DNA of 64,000 bases, from the IMG/VR virus record IMGVR_UViG_3300037307_000721; one strand, written 5' to 3'. Position numbers and translations under genes: made by a program. Of the stretch, positions 60,899-64,000 are shown in pieces. This DNA is from a virus. Each line of letters begins with the position of its first letter. The first letter of the stretch is position 1. The notes under the pieces were generated by a model, which saw only the letters and a list, made by a program, of their open reading frames with translations, did not search any database and was not told the DNA's origin.

Positions 60899-61959
60899 TA
60901 GCCGGCCACCCCCACGTGCGGAGGCCGGCAGTAACCGAGGAGGATGTTGTCGAGCCGCGGATCACCCGTCAGGCTCGAGCCCGGATCGCCCGCTGAGCCT
61001 GACGTGTCGAACTGAATCTGCTGGTCACGGGTCTTGGCCATCTTGACGCGACCCGGATTTTGCAGCATGGGATCGAGGCCCAACGGGTCCTGGAGCTGGC
61101 GGTAGGCCAGTCCCAGGATCACCTCTTGGAGCTGCAACGGCACCTGGCCGAACGGGCCACCGTCGGGATCGGTGTAGCCGAACACGCCAGTGATGAGCAC
61201 GTTCTTCGCACCCTCCGGGAATCGCGACACCGTCGGAAGTTCGCCCTCGGGCGTCGAGCCCACGAGCTGGATCTTCGGGTTGTCGCGATCGTCCGGGGAC
61301 AGAAGGTGCGTCAGATGACGATTGAAGATGCGCACCATCGAGATGTCGAGCTGGTAATCGGTCGGCGTCGTCACGTACAAACCGGAGATCTCCAGCGAGA
61401 TGGCGCCAACGCCGACGATGGGCTCGTCCAGCCAGACCTGGGAGCTGTCCGGACGCACGGTGTGCTTGATCGTCATGTACCGCGGGAAGAAGAACCGACC
61501 CGTGAGCCTCTCCACGTTTCGCGACGCGACCTCGATCGCCTTCTGCCGCTGCTCGAGAGAGAAATCCTCGAAGGCCTCGTGGTCCGAGCCCAGATAGGCC
61601 ACGTAGCGAGAGCTCACGCGGAAGTACTTCGGGTTGAGCACCTCGAAGCGGTACGCCGTGGAGACCTCCGCATCCGAGGACTCAGCCTTGTAGTACCAGA
61701 CGATCTCGTACGGTCCTGGGTCGAGACCCAAGGCCGCGGGGTCAAGCGGCGCGACGTAGTAGCCCAGCGCCTTGTGGTTGCCGCCGTGCTCGCACGGGTC
61801 GAGGTTCACCGTGGCCTCGTGGACCTTCACGCCAGAGCTCACGAAGTAGACCTCGAAGCGCAGAGCGGCAACGTCCTCGAGAAATCCGTCTTGCTGGTAG
61901 AAGAACGGGAGGAGTGGATTGGCGCAGGAGGATGCCTCTCCCTTCACGATGCCGGGCAT
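60898..61959 (-). CDS. Head-tail connector protein with N-terminal extra domain
   Basis: IE.ASR.VERLTGRFF...FPEG.KNV.ITG.FGYT...VP..LQE. Confidence 0.75.
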   Translation of the reverse strand: MPGIVKGEASSCANPLLPFFYQQDGFLEDVAALRFEVYFVSSGVKVHEATVNLDPCEHGGNHKALGYYVAPLDPAALGLDPGPYEIVWYYKAESSDAEVSTAYRFEVLNPKYFRVSSRYVAYLGSDHEAFEDFSLEQRQKAIEVASRNVERLTGRFFFPRYMTIKHTVRPDSSQVWLDEPIVGVGAISLEISGLYVTTPTDYQLDISMVRIFNRHLTHLLSPDDRDNPKIQLVGSTPEGELPTVSRFPEGAKNVLITGVFGYTDPDGGPFGQVPLQLQEVILGLAYRQLQDPLGLDPMLQNPGRVKMAKTRDQQIQFDTSGSAGDPGSSLTGDPRLDNILLGYCRPPHVGVAG

Positions 61960-62325
61960 CTATCCCTCCCGCGGGCAGGTCGATCGGATGGCCTTCTTCA
62001 GACGTCGCACGCAGTCCGCGAACTTCGCGCAGTCGGAGTTGGTGTAGCCCACGGACATCTTCTCGATGTCCTCCTTCGAGCCTTGGAAGGTGAACACGTA
62101 CTTCGGCGGCTGACCGTTTCGCTTCGGCCGCTCCTCCACCATGTCGGCCACGGGCAGGCCCGACATGAGGCAGTAGGCGGCAAAGTCGAGGTCGAAGACC
62201 TCGATCAGCCCATCGTCGTGCAGGCGATAGGCGAGGCTGTAGCTCAGCAGCTGGCGCTGCGACCGAGGGGTCCCGGGCCCTCGGTTTCGATACGGCATAT
62301 CCTGTGGCATGGGCTGCATGCTCAC
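61960..62325 (-). CDS. DUF5659-like small protein
   Basis: FDLDFAAYCLMSG...VFTF...Y.....F....R.LK..I. Confidence 0.55.
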   Translation of the reverse strand: MSMQPMPQDMPYRNRGPGTPRSQRQLLSYSLAYRLHDDGLIEVFDLDFAAYCLMSGLPVADMVEERPKRNGQPPKYVFTFQGSKEDIEKMSVGYTNSDCAKFADCVRRLKKAIRSTCPREG

Positions 62326-62843
62326 TCGTCGTCGGAGCTCGGGATGTCGCTCGTGGTCAACGCGCCGGAGTCCGACCGCTCGGCCGTCGCTGCCCGCTCG
62401 GCCTTCGCCGCCCGCCGACCGCCGGACCGGGACGAGGGGATGGCCGCGGCGCGATCCGGAACGTCCGTCTTGACCGTCGACGCCGAGATGGGCGGCGGGG
62501 TCTTCGGCGGCTCGACCAGACTCACCGTGGGTGGCTCCGCGAACTGCTTGGGCAGCGTCACGGTCGCGGCCACGGCGCCGATGGCGGCCAGGTACTTCTC
62601 CTGCTCACCCCGCTCGAGACGGAGCTTGGTGTCCTTGTCGCAGACCTGGAACAGCGTCGGGCTCCGCGGGTTCCCGTCGATCTGGAAGAGCTTGCTGAGC
62701 TCCTCGGCCAGCTGGGCCGGAACCTCGTACCAGGTTGGGCGCTCGCCACCGCGAAAGGAGAACTCCCGGTAGCTGTAGCCCTGCACCGTGCACCCCTGCT
62801 TGGGGTTCACCGGCTGCAGGCGGACGAACATGGTCTTGCTCAT
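62322..62843 (-). CDS. Hypothetical capsid-region protein
   Basis: VRLQPVNPKQG...Y...F...WYEV...L...Q...P.SP.LFQVC, recalled from myxobacterial prophages. Confidence 0.7.
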   Translation of the reverse strand: MSKTMFVRLQPVNPKQGCTVQGYSYREFSFRGGERPTWYEVPAQLAEELSKLFQIDGNPRSPTLFQVCDKDTKLRLERGEQEKYLAAIGAVAATVTLPKQFAEPPTVSLVEPPKTPPPISASTVKTDVPDRAAAIPSSRSGGRRAAKAERAATAERSDSGALTTSDIPSSDDE

Positions 62844-62865
62844 CTCTATACCTCACGATGTCAGG

Positions 62866-62896
62866 GCGGCGGGCCCGGTCGAACCGGACCCGCCGC
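62866..62896. other. Intergenic stem-loop
   Basis: GCGGCGGG-C-CCGGT-CGA-ACCGG-A-CCCGCCGC. Confidence 0.7.
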
Positions 62897-62927
62897 TGGT
62901 TTCGATCACGTCAGCCGCGGGTGGAGC

Positions 62928-63269
62928 CTAGATGCACTCCACCCAGAGGATGACGTCGGTGGCCGCGGTCAGCGCCGTGTTGGCGATCTCGACGCCGGTC
63001 GAGCCCATGAAGAACATGAGCTTGTCGTTGGCCTGGTCGTAGACCGGGTGCAGCAGGACGACGCCGCCGGCCGCGTCCTTGAGGGGCGTGGCCAGCTTCA
63101 CGCCGACGACCGTGACGTCGCGCTGCAGAGCGGCGCGCACGAAGTCCTGGAAGTCGGCGTAGCCGCCGGCCGGGTAGGCCGCGTCGGCCTTGAAGCTGAA
63201 CATGTGAACGTCGAGGGGCGCCGAAGCCGACTTCTTCAGCTGCGTGACGGTCGGGGTTCCGAGTGCCAT
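62928..63269 (-). CDS. Putative capsid decoration protein
   Basis: Follows major capsid gene; F.AD.AYPAGG...YD...DKL; ATG 63269 with GGAGG RBS. Confidence 0.65.
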   Translation of the reverse strand: MALGTPTVTQLKKSASAPLDVHMFSFKADAAYPAGGYADFQDFVRAALQRDVTVVGVKLATPLKDAAGGVVLLHPVYDQANDKLMFFMGSTGVEIANTALTAATDVILWVECI

Positions 63270-63292
63270 GGTTCTTCCTCCGTGCAGGCGGA

Positions 63293-63322
63293 GCTCGACC
63301 GGGGCTCGCACCCCGGTCGAGC
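63293..63322. other. Intergenic stem-loop after major capsid gene
   Basis: Perfect 12-bp stem GCTCGACCGGGG / CCCCGGTCGAGC, 6-nt loop. Confidence 0.75.
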
Positions 63323-63369
63323 ACTCATCCTAGTTCAAGACACGAGGCTTCTGCTCAGCGCAGCTTGGC

Positions 63370-64000
63370 CTACGCGCCCTTGATGTTGATGCCCTTCACC
63401 ACCGCGTTCGCCTCGGCCAGCTTCACGTCGAACCGGACGGTCGCGACGATGATGACCACGCCCGCGGAGATGTCCTCGTCCACCTTCAGCCGGATCTGCC
63501 GCAGCACGCCCAGGTAGATGCCCGACGGGTCCGTGAGCAGCGCCTGGGTGTTGGAGGACAGGTCCACCGGGAACTCCGGCACCGCGTTGACCGGCATGTC
63601 GGCGTACTTCGCCACGTCGGACTGCTGGAGCATCGCGTCGCCGAGGCCGGTGGCGCGGTCCGCCAGGGAGTCCTTGTAGTCGATCCGGGCCTGCCGGTTC
63701 GTGAAGTACTGCATGCCGCCCAGCATGGCGAACTCGTCCGGCATCATGCGGAGCATGTCGCGCAGGATGGTCTTGGACAGCTTCGCCCCGGAGGCGTTGA
63801 CCGACCAGACGTTCGCCTGGACCAGGATGCCGTCCAGCTTGGCCAGCACGGGGTCGGTGGAGGTGACGTCGCCGTTGATGGCCACCCACTCCATGTCGCG
63901 GCCGATGGCCGCGGAGAGCTGCTGCATGAGGGTCTCGCGGAAGACGCCGCGCTCGATCTGGTCCTCGAGGACCTCGTCGGAGAGCCGGACCTCGGCCTTG
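63370..64000 (-). CDS. Major capsid protein (HK97 fold), 5' truncated by window
   Basis: Frame open to window end: KAEVRLSDEVLEDQIERG...DME...INGD...R.D.K...AV.K. Confidence 0.9.
   Translation of the reverse strand, partial: KAEVRLSDEVLEDQIERGVFRETLMQQLSAAIGRDMEWVAINGDVTSTDPVLAKLDGILVQANVWSVNASGAKLSKTILRDMLRMMPDEFAMLGGMQYFTNRQARIDYKDSLADRATGLGDAMLQQSDVAKYADMPVNAVPEFPVDLSSNTQALLTDPSGIYLGVLRQIRLKVDEDISAGVVIIVATVRFDVKLAEANAVVKGINIKGA

Larger units (their letters stand above)
1..64000. mobile_element. Segment of a contractile-tailed phage genome (free phage or large prophage), probably infecting Myxococcota
   Basis: Terminase, capsid, sheath, tube, tape measure, baseplate, endolysin and phage-type replication genes; no host genes or integrase in the window. 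Confidence 0.95.

Noticed and set aside
62866-62896. tRNA (GGTTCGA on the minus strand)
   Set aside because: A simple hairpin with no cloverleaf, D-arm or anticodon arm
1-64000. Genome-wide TAG recoding suggested by the release-factor homologue
   Set aside because: Many genes, including polA, SSB and capsid, end cleanly at TAG, and standard-code ORFs tile the window densely

Overview
The window is an internal 64-kb piece of a high-GC tailed phage genome with a contractile tail. No host housekeeping genes, integrase, rRNA, tRNA or CRISPR array were seen, and both ends cut through genes. About 1-18.6 kb (mostly + strand) holds replication, recombination and lysis genes: UvrD C-terminus, RepA-like AAA_25 ATPase, SNF2 helicase, Sak4-like AAA_24 ATPase, DUF669-like SSB, family-4 uracil-DNA glycosylase (UDG), family A DNA polymerase, amidase endolysin, GT-A glycosyltransferase and DinG helicase. 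About 18.6-22.2 kb (-) holds terS, terL, a GGQ release-factor-like gene and small genes. A short + strand cluster lies at 22.3-23.9 kb. From 23.9 to 64 kb (-) is morphogenesis: capsid, neck, sheath, tube, chaperones, tape measure, baseplate and an unusually large (~22 kb) array of tail-fibre/lectin-like genes. From memory, several structural proteins resemble Myxococcota prophage proteins, so a myxobacterial host is inferred but not verified. The strongest novelty is a UDG domain split in two: its catalytic HP motif sits at the N-terminus of the polymerase, and an 86-aa gene lies between the halves. Other leads are an orphan tail-protein paralogue next to a glycosyltransferase, a Zn-finger-fused release-factor homologue, possible amber read-through at dinG, and small modules shared across many virion proteins. 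All family assignments come from motif recognition, not database searches.
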